Of a stretch of 53,065 nucleotides of DNA, positions 1 through 8,495 are shown piece by piece. Location of the stretch: contig WAPT01000011.1 in NCBI GenBank assembly GCA_015520605.1, positions 1 through 53,065 on the forward strand, in the 5' to 3' direction. Under the pieces are notes generated by a model. It searched no databases. It had not been told where the DNA came from and worked only from the letters and a program-made list of their open reading frames with translations. This DNA is from Nanobdellati archaeon (GTDB taxonomy: Archaea > EX4484-52 > WAPT01). Position 1 is the stretch's first letter, and every line of letters begins with the position of its first letter. The translations under genes were made by a program, and so were the position numbers.

Positions 1-70
1 CCCGTAAGGGCGCGTGGGTTCGAACAGGCTAAATTTTTCAGAAGCCTCGAAAATCCCACCCCCGGCGCCA
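1..70 (+). tRNA. 3' portion of a tRNA gene with a 29-nt insertion in the T-loop; the 5' half is outside the window and the anticodon is not visible
   Basis: T-stem GTGGG (14-18)/CCCAC (55-59), acceptor 3' strand CCCCGGC (60-66), discriminator G and encoded CCA (68-70). TTCGAA (19-24) plus T (54) form a normal 7-nt T-loop only if 25-53 is removed. The insert contains hairpin AGGCT (26-30)/AGCCT (43-47). Confidence 0.55.
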
Positions 71-146
71 TTACATTTCTCCAAAATTCGTAGCTTTCCA
101 AAAAGGATTTATAATTGTAACTTGAAATTTTTCTCGAGGTGAAAGG

Positions 147-314
147 ATGGTAAGAAAAAAATCAACAAAAAGAAGGATTTACAATCCAGTTACTGGAAAA
201 TATTACGAAATTAGACAGAGAACTACAAAACACGGAAGAAGAGGTCAGATAAAAGGGCTCTGGAAACCAAAAAAGAAAAGAAAAACATTGTATGAGATAG
301 TCTTCGGTGATTAA
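147..314 (+). CDS. small, very basic protein (55 aa, MVRKKSTKRRIYNPVTGKYYEIRQRTTKHGRRGQIKGLWKPKKKRKTLYEIVFGD); possible antitoxin or nucleic-acid-binding partner of the downstream PIN protein
   Basis: Own translation; the ORF is below the track's size cutoff. A GAGGTGA RBS lies 5-6 nt upstream of ATG 147. The TAA stop at 312-314 is 3 nt before ATG 318 of the PIN gene. Confidence 0.45.
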   Translation: MVRKKSTKRRIYNPVTGKYYEIRQRTTKHGRRGQIKGLWKPKKKRKTLYEIVFGD

Positions 315-317
315 AGA

Positions 318-914
318 ATGTCAAGAATCAGAGTATTTTTGGATTCTAATGTTATCGCTAACTGGATTCTTATAGAGGAATTTTCAGCGAATCGCAACAC
401 ATTAGAGGAAGACAGAATTTTACTCGAGAGATTTAGGGAGTATAGCCTATCTCACGTACTGACTCAAAGTTTCATTGAAAATAATGATGTATATGAGGTA
501 TTCACATCTACACTAGCAATAGCAGAAGTATTCAATGTTTTGAGAAAAGAGGTATCTGGACTTAAAGTGTATAGGCATGGGTTTCCTATAGTTTCTATGT
601 TCAAGCATCTCGATAAAGCACTCAGTAGAGATGAGCTTGAGACCATTATACAGGTAGTAAAGGATAAAATAGACGTGTTAAAAAAGTCTGGTCTTAAAGA
701 ACTGAAAGACGAACTTCATTGGGAGATATACCCGTTTGTTGTGATGAAGGGTGTGAAAACTCACGATGCTCTCTTAATCTCTACAGCCTGTGTCAATGAT
801 TGTGACTGGTTCATTACAAATGACAGAGATCTCATAGATCGATTGAGAAAAGAAAAAAGAAAATTAAAACTTGAGATAGATTTGCCCGAATCCTTTCTGA
901 AGGAGATTTCGTAA
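318..914 (+). CDS. PIN-domain protein (VapC-like ribonuclease, long form)
   Basis: N-terminal RVFLDSNVI (first acidic residue), AIAEV, HDALLISTA and FITNDRDL motifs fit the PIN acidic quartet. The gene is tightly coupled to the upstream small ORF. Confidence 0.75.
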   Translation: MSRIRVFLDSNVIANWILIEEFSANRNTLEEDRILLERFREYSLSHVLTQSFIENNDVYEVFTSTLAIAEVFNVLRKEVSGLKVYRHGFPIVSMFKHLDKALSRDELETIIQVVKDKIDVLKKSGLKELKDELHWEIYPFVVMKGVKTHDALLISTACVNDCDWFITNDRDLIDRLRKEKRKLKLEIDLPESFLKEIS

Positions 915-947
915 GAGTAAAAAATCTTTTACTTCCTACCCTTCTTC

Positions 948-1601
948 ATGCTCTGCGTGATAGGGGGAAGCGGACTGGAAAAGTTGTTCAAGGACAGTGA
1001 GGAATTTGAGATAAATACTTCCTACGGAACTGTTGTTGCATACAGGGTTAAATTTCCAGATGGTAAGGAGTTTCTCTTTATTCCTCGTCACGGCAAGGGA
1101 CATGATGTTCCACCGCACAGGATAAACCATCATGCAAACATAATGGCCGCCAAACTTTCTAATGTTCGGATGGTTATCGGCGTTAACGCTGTCGGCTCAT
1201 TAAGACAAGAGATCAGGCCAGGAGATATTGTATTGCCGGTGGATTTTATTGATTTTACCAAAAGGATCTGGACATACTTTGAAGATAAGGTTGTGCATGC
1301 GGATATGACCGAGCCGTATTCTCATAGACTCATCGAGCTTTTGAAAGAAGTATGCGAAAAGCATGGTTTTAACGTACACACACGGAAAGTTTACGTATGC
1401 ACCACTGGCCCGAGATTTGAGACGCTGGCAGAAATAAAAATGTACAGAGTGCTTGGTGCTGATGTTGTTGGCACGACCTCGGCACCAGAAGCAACGCTGG
1501 CAAAGGAACAGGGTTTGGAATACGCATCCCTTTGCGTGGTTACTAATTATGCCGCCGGAATGCAGGAAAGAGTTACGCTGGAGGAGGTTCTCATCTTATG
1601 A
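948..1601 (+). CDS. mtnP: 5'-methylthioadenosine / purine nucleoside phosphorylase; the C-terminus is apparently truncated by a frameshift (see finding)
   Basis: IGGSG, FIPRHGKGH..PPHRINHHANI, GPRFET.AE and VGTTS.PE motifs of the PNP/MTAP family. The last ~21 family-like residues (MKGVEKKLKDIPMHVVNELGS) are in another frame at 1598-1663. Confidence 0.8.
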   Translation: MLCVIGGSGLEKLFKDSEEFEINTSYGTVVAYRVKFPDGKEFLFIPRHGKGHDVPPHRINHHANIMAAKLSNVRMVIGVNAVGSLRQEIRPGDIVLPVDFIDFTKRIWTYFEDKVVHADMTEPYSHRLIELLKEVCEKHGFNVHTRKVYVCTTGPRFETLAEIKMYRVLGADVVGTTSAPEATLAKEQGLEYASLCVVTNYAAGMQERVTLEEVLIL

Positions 1602-1693
1602 AAGGAGTTGAGAAAAAACTGAAAGATATTCCCATGCATGTTGTAAATGAACTGGGGTCATGATTTTTATTCTTTATATCCCGACAATCTTTA

Positions 1694-2245
1694 ATGAAAA
1701 CTGATAAGACGATACTGGTGGTATTGCTTTCAGTATTGCTGGCGGGAGCTGCTCTCTGGGCTGTTGCGAAACCAGGAGCTGCTCAACCAGAGATAAATGC
1801 TGTTTGCAGGGTTGAAAAGGTTGTTGATGGCGACACGCTCTGGGTTTACTGTTTCAAGGGTTTCAAGGCGAACCAGCAATTTAAGGTGAGACTTGCTGAC
1901 ATAAACGCTTATGAACTCAACGAGAGGGGCGGTGAGGAGGCCAAGAAATTCCTTGAGCAGGTGTTGTCCAACCACACCCGGATCTTTCTTGATGTTGATG
2001 AAAGGCATACCTATGGCAAGTACGGCAGAGTCATAGCAGTGCTTTATGTGATTTATAACAAAACTCATTTTCTCAACATCAACTACCTTCTGGTGGAAGA
2101 AAAACACGCAGTTTGGGTGGATTATTATAACTCATGGCATCCCGAAGAATTTAAAAAATACGTCAGAATTTCCAAAATCTCAAAATCAAACGGAATTGAT
2201 CCCTTTTCTCCACTCGAGGTAGGAGTAAATAATCAGAATAAATGA
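1694..2245 (+). CDS. secreted or membrane-anchored thermonuclease (staphylococcal nuclease-like)
   Basis: N-terminal hydrophobic signal/anchor, then VVDGDTLWV and KVRLADINAYE, which match the SNase VxDGDT and RLxGIDAPE motifs. Confidence 0.7.
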   Translation: MKTDKTILVVLLSVLLAGAALWAVAKPGAAQPEINAVCRVEKVVDGDTLWVYCFKGFKANQQFKVRLADINAYELNERGGEEAKKFLEQVLSNHTRIFLDVDERHTYGKYGRVIAVLYVIYNKTHFLNINYLLVEEKHAVWVDYYNSWHPEEFKKYVRISKISKSNGIDPFSPLEVGVNNQNK

Positions 2246-2842
2246 TGGTATTATTGCCGAAAGCACCACAATCCAAACGATTTGTTCTGTGCCCTGAATA
2301 GAAATTAGCAAACTCGCGGCAATTATGATTATTCCAGCAATGATGAAACTCTTCCCTCCAAACTCATGAGTCTTCTTCCAGACCCTCCTATTGCTAAGTG
2401 TCCATGGTGTTCTTATCCCTACGAACCAGTTGGGTTTCATTTTTGGCATAACTGTGCCAAAATAGATAAGGATTATGCCCACCCCGGCTAAAACCACCGA
2501 ACTCATGCTGAACTCAAACCCGAGATTCCATAGCAAGATTGCAACATGAATTATTGAAAGGAAGAGAAGAAGGATTACGATCAGCTGGTTATAGATTTGC
2601 AAGAACTCCCGAATATTTTTGCCCAAAGGATCTATTCTCGGTATGATTTCAAAGAGGCCAAGGAGAAGCAGAATTATAGCTGGTATAACTATACAGGCTA
2701 TGTGCTTAGGAGTATAATCGTCGGGCTTACCATCTGCACCCCAGTGTATTGCGATTCTCTCGGGTAATTTGGAATATAAGAGTGCTGTTGTTACACATAA
2801 AATAAGAAGGAGGAACAAGCCTATCTTCACACCCTTCAGCAT
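2186..2842 (-). CDS. SdpI/DUF1648-type integral membrane protein
   Basis: RIAIHWGADGKPDDY (DUF1648-like) is followed by GIRTPWTLSNRRVWKKTH (SdpI-like), with multiple TM segments. Confidence 0.6.
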   Translation of the reverse strand: MLKGVKIGLFLLLILCVTTALLYSKLPERIAIHWGADGKPDDYTPKHIACIVIPAIILLLLGLFEIIPRIDPLGKNIREFLQIYNQLIVILLLFLSIIHVAILLWNLGFEFSMSSVVLAGVGIILIYFGTVMPKMKPNWFVGIRTPWTLSNRRVWKKTHEFGGKSFIIAGIIIIAASLLISIQGTEQIVWIVVLSAIIPSFILIIYSYLEWRKGINSV

Positions 2843-2852
2843 AACCTCCGCC

Positions 2853-3200
2853 TCATTTTCTTTTCTTCCTGCAACCTTTGCTGCCGGTTCTCTTCCTCCC
2901 GCCTGTGCTTTTCCTGCGCTTCTTATTCTTCTTTCCTATACTAATCAGGTAGTTTTTAACAATCCTGATAAGTTTCTCCCTGAGATTTTCCCCGTGTGCT
3001 TTCTTTACCAAGTTGAGCCTGGATACGAGCCTACCATGACCATTATCCTTTAGCCAGGGTGCGAAGTGACCGTTACGGAAATGATACTCGAGACTTTCCA
3101 AAGGAACTTCCTTTAGCCTTTCAAGGAATTCCTCGATGTTTGAAGCCCTGCCAACCTCTCTACCATCGGGAAGTCTGAAAATAAATTCAGACATAGCCAA
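2853..3200 (-). CDS. hypothetical protein with a Lys/Arg-rich C-terminal tail
   Basis: 115-aa ORF divergent from the mbh operon. The tail is GKKNKKRRKSTGGRKRTGSKGCRKKRK. No catalytic motif was recognised. Confidence 0.5.
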   Translation of the reverse strand: MAMSEFIFRLPDGREVGRASNIEEFLERLKEVPLESLEYHFRNGHFAPWLKDNGHGRLVSRLNLVKKAHGENLREKLIRIVKNYLISIGKKNKKRRKSTGGRKRTGSKGCRKKRK

Positions 3201-3270
3201 TCTTTGTCCTAAACTCCATATAAAATTTTCGAGAAAATTATATATTCACCAAAACAGAATATTTTGGAAT

Positions 3271-3741
3271 ATGCAGAGGTTCATCGCAGCCTTCATAACA
3301 CTACTTTGTGTGTGGATTTTGTTTACCGCATCACTTACATATGAGGACCTTGTCGTTGGTGCGGGCGCAAGCATTGCGGTAACTTTTCTCGCTGCAAGGT
3401 TCATGTTCCCGCGGAAAGGAGATATAAGGTTTTTTCAGGCCATCATCGCGTTTCTATTCTTTCTTGTGAATTTCATCGTAGAGGAAGTAAAAGCACATGT
3501 GAAAATGGCAATTACGATCCTCAGAGGTGATGAAAGTGGAGCATGCTATACGAATCTAAAACGACCTTTCACATCGGAGATGGCAAACCTGCTGGTATAC
3601 AACGGGATAACCCTCACCCCAGGTACAATAGTTGTGAAGTGCGAGAACAGACATGCAGTAGTCCATTCGGCTTGGGAAGCTAAGAAGGGAAAGGTTGGAG
3701 AAAAGTTCATAAACAGCATAAAGGGGAGGGGGATAGAATGA
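3271..3741 (+). CDS. mbhA: Mbh subunit A (MrpE/MnhE-like)
   Basis: Start trimmed to ATG 3271 because the track ORF start at 3136 overlaps the divergent gene. Membrane N-terminus, with position and size as in the Pyrococcus mbh operon. ATGA overlap with the next gene. Confidence 0.7.
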   Translation: MQRFIAAFITLLCVWILFTASLTYEDLVVGAGASIAVTFLAARFMFPRKGDIRFFQAIIAFLFFLVNFIVEEVKAHVKMAITILRGDESGACYTNLKRPFTSEMANLLVYNGITLTPGTIVVKCENRHAVVHSAWEAKKGKVGEKFINSIKGRGIE

Positions 3742-3977
3742 TATACACGTATCTTTTGCTTGCAACGACCGTGATGGTTGTGGTAAGGCTCCTTACATCA
3801 CACAAAGTTTATGAATTCATGCTCTGCGCCGATCTGATTTCAGATATGACTGTCCTTTATCTTACAATCTTCGCGTATGCAAGGACAAAGCCGTTTTATC
3901 TTGATATTGCAATAATCCTGGCAATGTTGTCTTTCACAGGCACACTTGCTGTAACGAGATACGTGGTGGAACGTTAA
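3738..3977 (+). CDS. mbhB: Mbh subunit B (MrpF-like)
   Basis: 79-aa protein with three TM segments; operon position. Confidence 0.65.
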   Translation: MIYTYLLLATTVMVVVRLLTSHKVYEFMLCADLISDMTVLYLTIFAYARTKPFYLDIAIILAMLSFTGTLAVTRYVVER

Positions 3978-3982
3978 AGCTG

Positions 3983-4291
3983 GTGATGTGTGTGGTAACT
4001 CTAACAGAAGTGTTATTGAGTGTATCCGCTCTGAGCATGCTTTTCGGAGCCATTGGAATATTCAGGATGAGGAGCTTCATGATGAGGATGCAGGCGGCCA
4101 CGATGATAAGCGTCGGCGGGGTCATGGGTTCCCTGTTCATCTTCACGCTCACCTCTCGTAATACCGAACTGAGATTGAAGTCGGCACTTTTGTTGTTTCT
4201 TTTATTCCTTACAGTCCCCGTGTCTTCCCATCTGATTGCGTTATGTTACTATCGCAGTGAGGAAGAGAGGAAGAGCAGGACGGGTGGTTAA
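3983..4291 (+). CDS. mbhC: Mbh subunit C (MrpG-like)
   Basis: 102-aa membrane protein at the expected operon position. GTG 3983 or ATG 3986 could be the start. Confidence 0.65.
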   Translation: MMCVVTLTEVLLSVSALSMLFGAIGIFRMRSFMMRMQAATMISVGGVMGSLFIFTLTSRNTELRLKSALLLFLLFLTVPVSSHLIALCYYRSEEERKSRTGG

Positions 4292-4292
4292 C

Positions 4293-4532
4293 ATGCCTGT
4301 GCTATCTGTAATTATACTTGCAATATGCATTATCCTCGTGGCCTTTTTGCAGAGAACAGCGGATCTGCTCAAAGCAGCCGTCATTCTGGCGATAATGAAT
4401 GTCTTTGTCGGTCTTTATTTTTACCTCATGAGCGCACCCGACCTCGCCATAACACAGCTCGCGGTGAATGCTGGAATCTCAACGGCTCTGTTCGTTTATG
4501 TCATCAAAAAGTGTGGTGAGAGGTATGAGTGA
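4293..4532 (+). CDS. mbhD: Mbh subunit D (MrpB N-terminal-like, DUF4040-type)
   Basis: ATG 4293 lies 1 nt after the mbhC stop. 79-aa membrane protein. Confidence 0.6.
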   Translation: MPVLSVIILAICIILVAFLQRTADLLKAAVILAIMNVFVGLYFYLMSAPDLAITQLAVNAGISTALFVYVIKKCGERYE

Positions 4533-4842
4533 GATCCGAATTACGGATGCGGTAGCGATGATCTCCGTTATAATTATTGCGTGTGCCCTCAGCATTTCAT
4601 CATTTAACCAGCCAACAACGGCTGGGCGCACCATACCGACCTTTTACCTGAAGAACGCAATAACGAAACTGACGTCGGCAAATGTTGTGAACGCCATTGT
4701 CTGGGAGTTCAGAGGTTATGATACTCTGGGAGAGGAGATGGTGCTGATATCCGCATCACTTTCGGTTGTGGGTGTGATACTCTCAAGGGAGAGAAAAAGT
4801 TTCAGAACTCAAAAGTGCATGAAGGCGAGGAATGATGGATGA
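4525..4842 (+). CDS. mbhE: Mbh subunit E (MrpB-like)
   Basis: ATG 4525 overlaps the mbhD stop. Membrane protein; operon order. Confidence 0.6.
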   Translation: MSEIRITDAVAMISVIIIACALSISSFNQPTTAGRTIPTFYLKNAITKLTSANVVNAIVWEFRGYDTLGEEMVLISASLSVVGVILSRERKSFRTQKCMKARNDG

Positions 4843-5227
4843 AATTGCCGCTGCGAGCGCGAGGATAATTTTTCCCATTATCATGATCGTGGGTTTAGCG
4901 GTATCTCTACACGGCCACCTTTCCCCCGGCGGAGGGTTTGCCGGAGGCGTTGTGATGGCTACGGGTTTCCTTCTTGTGTTCCTCACCATGAGAAAGGGAG
5001 TTGTGAGGGAGATTTTCATAGAAAAAAAGCTTTCGTTTATGGAGAGCTTCGGTGGATTCATGATTCTTATGATCATTATTTTGGGGGCATCCTATAGAGC
5101 GAAGGTTGTGGGGACACAGCGCCTTTTTTCCCTGTGGAGTGGTGAGTACTCGATACTCATGAACCTCGCCTGCAGTCTGATGGTCGTCACAGCCATAACA
5201 CTAATCCTGTGGAGGTATGTGGAATGA
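4832..5227 (+). CDS. mbhF: Mbh subunit F (MrpB-related)
   Basis: 131 aa; SPGGGFAGGV is typical of MnhB-like subunits. Confidence 0.65.
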   Translation: MMDEIAAASARIIFPIIMIVGLAVSLHGHLSPGGGFAGGVVMATGFLLVFLTMRKGVVREIFIEKKLSFMESFGGFMILMIIILGASYRAKVVGTQRLFSLWSGEYSILMNLACSLMVVTAITLILWRYVE

Positions 5228-5544
5228 TGGAGCACGTCCTTTCAATCCTGCTGATATCCGCGGGGATAATGGTGGTCGTGTTTGCAAAAAGCTTCATGAA
5301 GAAAGTGATGGGTCTCGGAATAATCGTTAACGGGATGCACGCGTACCTCGTGGCATCGGCATACAGACAGGGAGGTGTGGCACCGATACTCACACCAGGT
5401 ATGAAGCTTGGGGGTTTTGTTGGCTCAGCTGTTGATCCCCTGCCTCAGGCTCTCATCCTCACATCCATAGTCATAGATATATCCGTTACCGCGGTGTTGC
5501 TTGCACTCTACATAAGAGCTGTTGAATCGGGTGAAATTCCGTGA
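5224..5544 (+). CDS. mbhG: Mbh subunit G (MrpC/NuoK-like)
   Basis: ATG 5224 forms an ATGA overlap with the mbhF stop. 106 aa with three TM segments. Confidence 0.65.
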   Translation: MMEHVLSILLISAGIMVVVFAKSFMKKVMGLGIIVNGMHAYLVASAYRQGGVAPILTPGMKLGGFVGSAVDPLPQALILTSIVIDISVTAVLLALYIRAVESGEIP

Positions 5545-6968
5545 AAATATTCGGCGCTTCGAGCTTCCAGATCGCGAGCTTCGGGGGTGTCGGAGTGTTA
5601 ATACTCTTTCTCATAATTAACCTCGTGCTCATCTCACGGAAGAAGTCGAGATACCTTCAAGATATAAATCTTGTAGCGTCAGCGACCATGGTTGCGCTTG
5701 CTGTTTTCACCTTTCTAAAGCTAACGAACACACAGGCACCTTCCCTGTCCATGGGCGTCGGCGGATGGGCACCGCCGTTCGGAATAGAGATAAAGATCTT
5801 TCTCTACAACTCGATCCTGATAGTTTTCTCCGCGCTATCGATGCTGCTCGTATTTTTGAGTTTGAGAACCGAAAGGCTCCCGAACGCTGTGCACCCGCTC
5901 TTCCTGCTTCTTTTCATAGGAGTTTTTGGTGTCCTGCATTCTGGGGACATCTTCAACATCTTCGTTTACCTCGAGATCATGACCGTAGCATCTTACGGTC
6001 TTGTCAGCGTTTCCGAGGAGGAGGGAAGATACAACACAGCCCTGTACTATGCATTCCCGATGGCCCTTGTGTCCACACTCTTTCTGCTGGGTATTTTTCT
6101 CATTTACTCCACCTACGGCACCCTCAACCTCTACCAGCTTAGGATGCTATGCGCACATACCGCTATGTTTCCGTTGGCCCTCTTTGGTACTGGCATGGTC
6201 GTGGCTGCTCTGATTTTTGAAAGTGCGCTTTTTCCGTTCTATCTCTGGAAGACGAAGGTGATGTCAACCACAAATGTTCCGGCTTCGTTCTTTTTCGGTT
6301 CGGTTTCTCCCGTGTTGTGCTTCTACCTGATCACAAGGATGATGACTGTCTTCAACCTGCGCTCCATTCCGCAGCTCGATGCTCTGCTTGTTACCCTTGC
6401 GGTAATCACGGGTGTTGTTGTTGCCGTTATGGCGTTCTACTCAAGAAACCTGCTGGAAGCGCTCGCCTACGGAAGCATAGCGCAGATTGCGTTTGCACTT
6501 TTTCTTTTTGTGGTGGCGACACCTTCCAACAACCTCGCCCTCTACTCTTTTGTCCACCTTTTAAATACTATGATCTTCGAGACTCTCATTTTCGGAAGCC
6601 TCATGCTGAGAGGACAGCTAACCGGAGAATATATGGAACCGCTCTTCTCAACGGGGATACTGTCATCAATTGGCGTGCCCCTGACTTCGGGTTTTGTATC
6701 CAAGTACTTTGCTCTCTACTACACTCTCAGAATATCTCCGCTCCTCTTCACATTGTCTGTGGTCTTTGTTATAGCTTCGGTTGCGTACGGAATCAACGCC
6801 TATAACTTGAGAAAGAATTTTCATTACAGAAGAATTGCACGCACATCCCCTGTGGCGCTGTCCGTACTTTTCATATTCTTCGCCTTGACCTTTTTCCTCG
6901 GGATCCATTACAGGCCCTTGATATCGCTTGCAGAGGCTATGAGATCAAGTCTGGAGGTGTGCGGATGA
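5541..6968 (+). CDS. mbhH: Mbh subunit H (MrpD/NuoL-M-N-like antiporter subunit)
   Basis: 475-aa polytopic membrane protein. GTG start forms a GTGA overlap with mbhG. Size and position as for MbhH. Confidence 0.75.
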   Translation: MKIFGASSFQIASFGGVGVLILFLIINLVLISRKKSRYLQDINLVASATMVALAVFTFLKLTNTQAPSLSMGVGGWAPPFGIEIKIFLYNSILIVFSALSMLLVFLSLRTERLPNAVHPLFLLLFIGVFGVLHSGDIFNIFVYLEIMTVASYGLVSVSEEEGRYNTALYYAFPMALVSTLFLLGIFLIYSTYGTLNLYQLRMLCAHTAMFPLALFGTGMVVAALIFESALFPFYLWKTKVMSTTNVPASFFFGSVSPVLCFYLITRMMTVFNLRSIPQLDALLVTLAVITGVVVAVMAFYSRNLLEALAYGSIAQIAFALFLFVVATPSNNLALYSFVHLLNTMIFETLIFGSLMLRGQLTGEYMEPLFSTGILSSIGVPLTSGFVSKYFALYYTLRISPLLFTLSVVFVIASVAYGINAYNLRKNFHYRRIARTSPVALSVLFIFFALTFFLGIHYRPLISLAEAMRSSLEVCG

Positions 6969-7309
6969 GCTTGATGGTGTATGCGAACAACATCTCAGTG
7001 ACATCGCCGTTTCCCCAGGGGTTCGAAATTGGCATAATGGTGGTTATATTTATGGCTACTCTTTCAACTTACATGATGGAAAGAAAAAAAATCAAGTGGA
7101 AGGAGTTGGAGGATGCAACGTCCATGTATCTATGTGGTGAGGGCGAGCATATTATTAGGCATAATAGATCGTACTCGTACAAAATATGGGGGAAAAGCAG
7201 GATCATCACCGCCCTACGGGACGAAAATATTAACATGATACTTCATTACATAATAATAATGATTGCTCTCATCGTGGTGGTGCTATGGATTTCATTGCGA
7301 GGATATTGA
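6965..7309 (+). CDS. mbhI: Mbh subunit I
   Basis: ATG 6965 forms an ATGA overlap with the mbhH stop. ~114 aa with two TM segments; operon position. Confidence 0.55.
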   Translation: MSLMVYANNISVTSPFPQGFEIGIMVVIFMATLSTYMMERKKIKWKELEDATSMYLCGEGEHIIRHNRSYSYKIWGKSRIITALRDENINMILHYIIIMIALIVVVLWISLRGY

Positions 7310-7767
7310 TGAAGGCTGCAAGACGCTCTCCATGGATAATACACCTTGACACCGGCGGATGTAACGGGTGCGATGTGGAACTTTTCAGCCTACTCTCCGC
7401 CAGATATGATATCGAGCGCTTCGGCACAATCGAGAAGGGAAACCCGAGGCAGGGAGACATACTCGTGGTTACCGGCGCGGTGAACAGAAAAATAGCTCCA
7501 CGCCTCAAAAGAATCTACGATCAGATGCCGCATCCGAAAGCGGTACTTGCTATCGGTACCTGCACCGCGAGCTGTGGCGTCTTCAGAGGATCTTACAACA
7601 TCGTTGGCCCACTCCACAAACACATTCCGGTTGATGTTTATGTTCACGGATGTCCTCCAAAACCGGAGGCAATAATAGATGGCCTGCTCAAAGCCGTGGA
7701 GATCTGGAGCAGCAGGTTTGGGAAGGAACACGAGAGTATGAGGGTGAGGGACAGAGCTTCAGGTTAG
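7309..7767 (+). CDS. mbhJ: Mbh subunit J, [NiFe]-hydrogenase small subunit (NuoB-like); an alternative start is ATG 7285
   Basis: GGCNGCDVE, GTCTASCGVF and GCPPKPE are the NuoB-type [4Fe-4S] cysteines. Confidence 0.85.
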   Translation: MKAARRSPWIIHLDTGGCNGCDVELFSLLSARYDIERFGTIEKGNPRQGDILVVTGAVNRKIAPRLKRIYDQMPHPKAVLAIGTCTASCGVFRGSYNIVGPLHKHIPVDVYVHGCPPKPEAIIDGLLKAVEIWSSRFGKEHESMRVRDRASG

Positions 7768-7787
7768 GGGGAGAGAGGTGAGCTGAG

Positions 7788-8471
7788 ATGGGTACAACAT
7801 GGAAGAGGGTGGTGCTATCACTCGGAGGTGGTGTGCTGCTTGCAGATAAAGAGGGCAGGATGTTCAAAGGGTATGCTGAGGCAATAAAAAGCATTAACAA
7901 TGAACTCGAGCTTTTTGTTATTGTTACTGGGGGAGGAGAGTACGCAAGAAACTACATCTCGATGGCGAGAAACTGCGGACTCAATGAGAAGAAACAGGAC
8001 ATGATGGGAATAGCGATAACAAGGGTTAATGCACTTCTGCTCTCCTTCATGCTTGAATGGAATGAGAAGGTGCCTGAAAGTTATGAGGACGCGGTAAGAA
8101 TTGCGAGGAAGACTTCAAGGCTTGTGTGTGGCGGAATGAAACCAGGACAGAGCACTGACAAGGTTGCTGCAGATCTCGCCGCTATGCTTGATGCTGACAT
8201 CGTGCTGAACGCAACAAGGATTGAGGGCCTTTACGACAGGCACCCCTCACAGCCGGGTGCAAGGCTTTTGAGCGAGGCAACATACTCTCAGATGAGAGAA
8301 ATACTTGTGGGGGAGGAGCAGTCCCCCGGTAAGTATGCGCTCTTCGATCTCAAAGCCATAGACCTGCTGGAGAGCAAGGGAATACCTCTTGTCATTTTTG
8401 ACGGGAGGAAGGTAGAAAATTTCGTTAGAGTGATGCATAACCAGCCTGTAGGCACGATCGTGAAGCCGTGA
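7788..8471 (+). CDS. pyrH: archaeal-type UMP kinase (amino-acid kinase family), located inside the hydrogenase operon
   Basis: LGGGVL..., VTGGGEYAR.Y, GIAITRVNALLL, GGMKPGQSTD and end-to-end resemblance to archaeal PyrH (~225 aa). The gap is 20 nt after mbhJ and 24 nt before mbhK/L. Confidence 0.75.
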   Translation: MGTTWKRVVLSLGGGVLLADKEGRMFKGYAEAIKSINNELELFVIVTGGGEYARNYISMARNCGLNEKKQDMMGIAITRVNALLLSFMLEWNEKVPESYEDAVRIARKTSRLVCGGMKPGQSTDKVAADLAAMLDADIVLNATRIEGLYDRHPSQPGARLLSEATYSQMREILVGEEQSPGKYALFDLKAIDLLESKGIPLVIFDGRKVENFVRVMHNQPVGTIVKP

Positions 8472-8495
8472 AGACGGTTTTGAGGTGTGTATTGA

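Noticed and set aside
2186-2245. 60-nt convergent overlap of the nuclease and SdpI-like genes
   Set aside because: Both ORFs are well supported up to their stops. It is noted as an oddity only; no alternative stop is available.
3136-3270. Upstream extension of the mbhA ORF
   Set aside because: It overlaps the divergent gene 2853-3200 and the A/T-rich promoter region. ATG 3271 begins the hydrophobic MrpE-like sequence.
5765-6805. Alternative-frame ORFs (125, 70 and 162 aa) within mbhH
   Set aside because: They are Arg/Pro/Cys-rich shadow frames of a GC-richer membrane-protein gene. The mbhH frame is continuous and hydrophobic.
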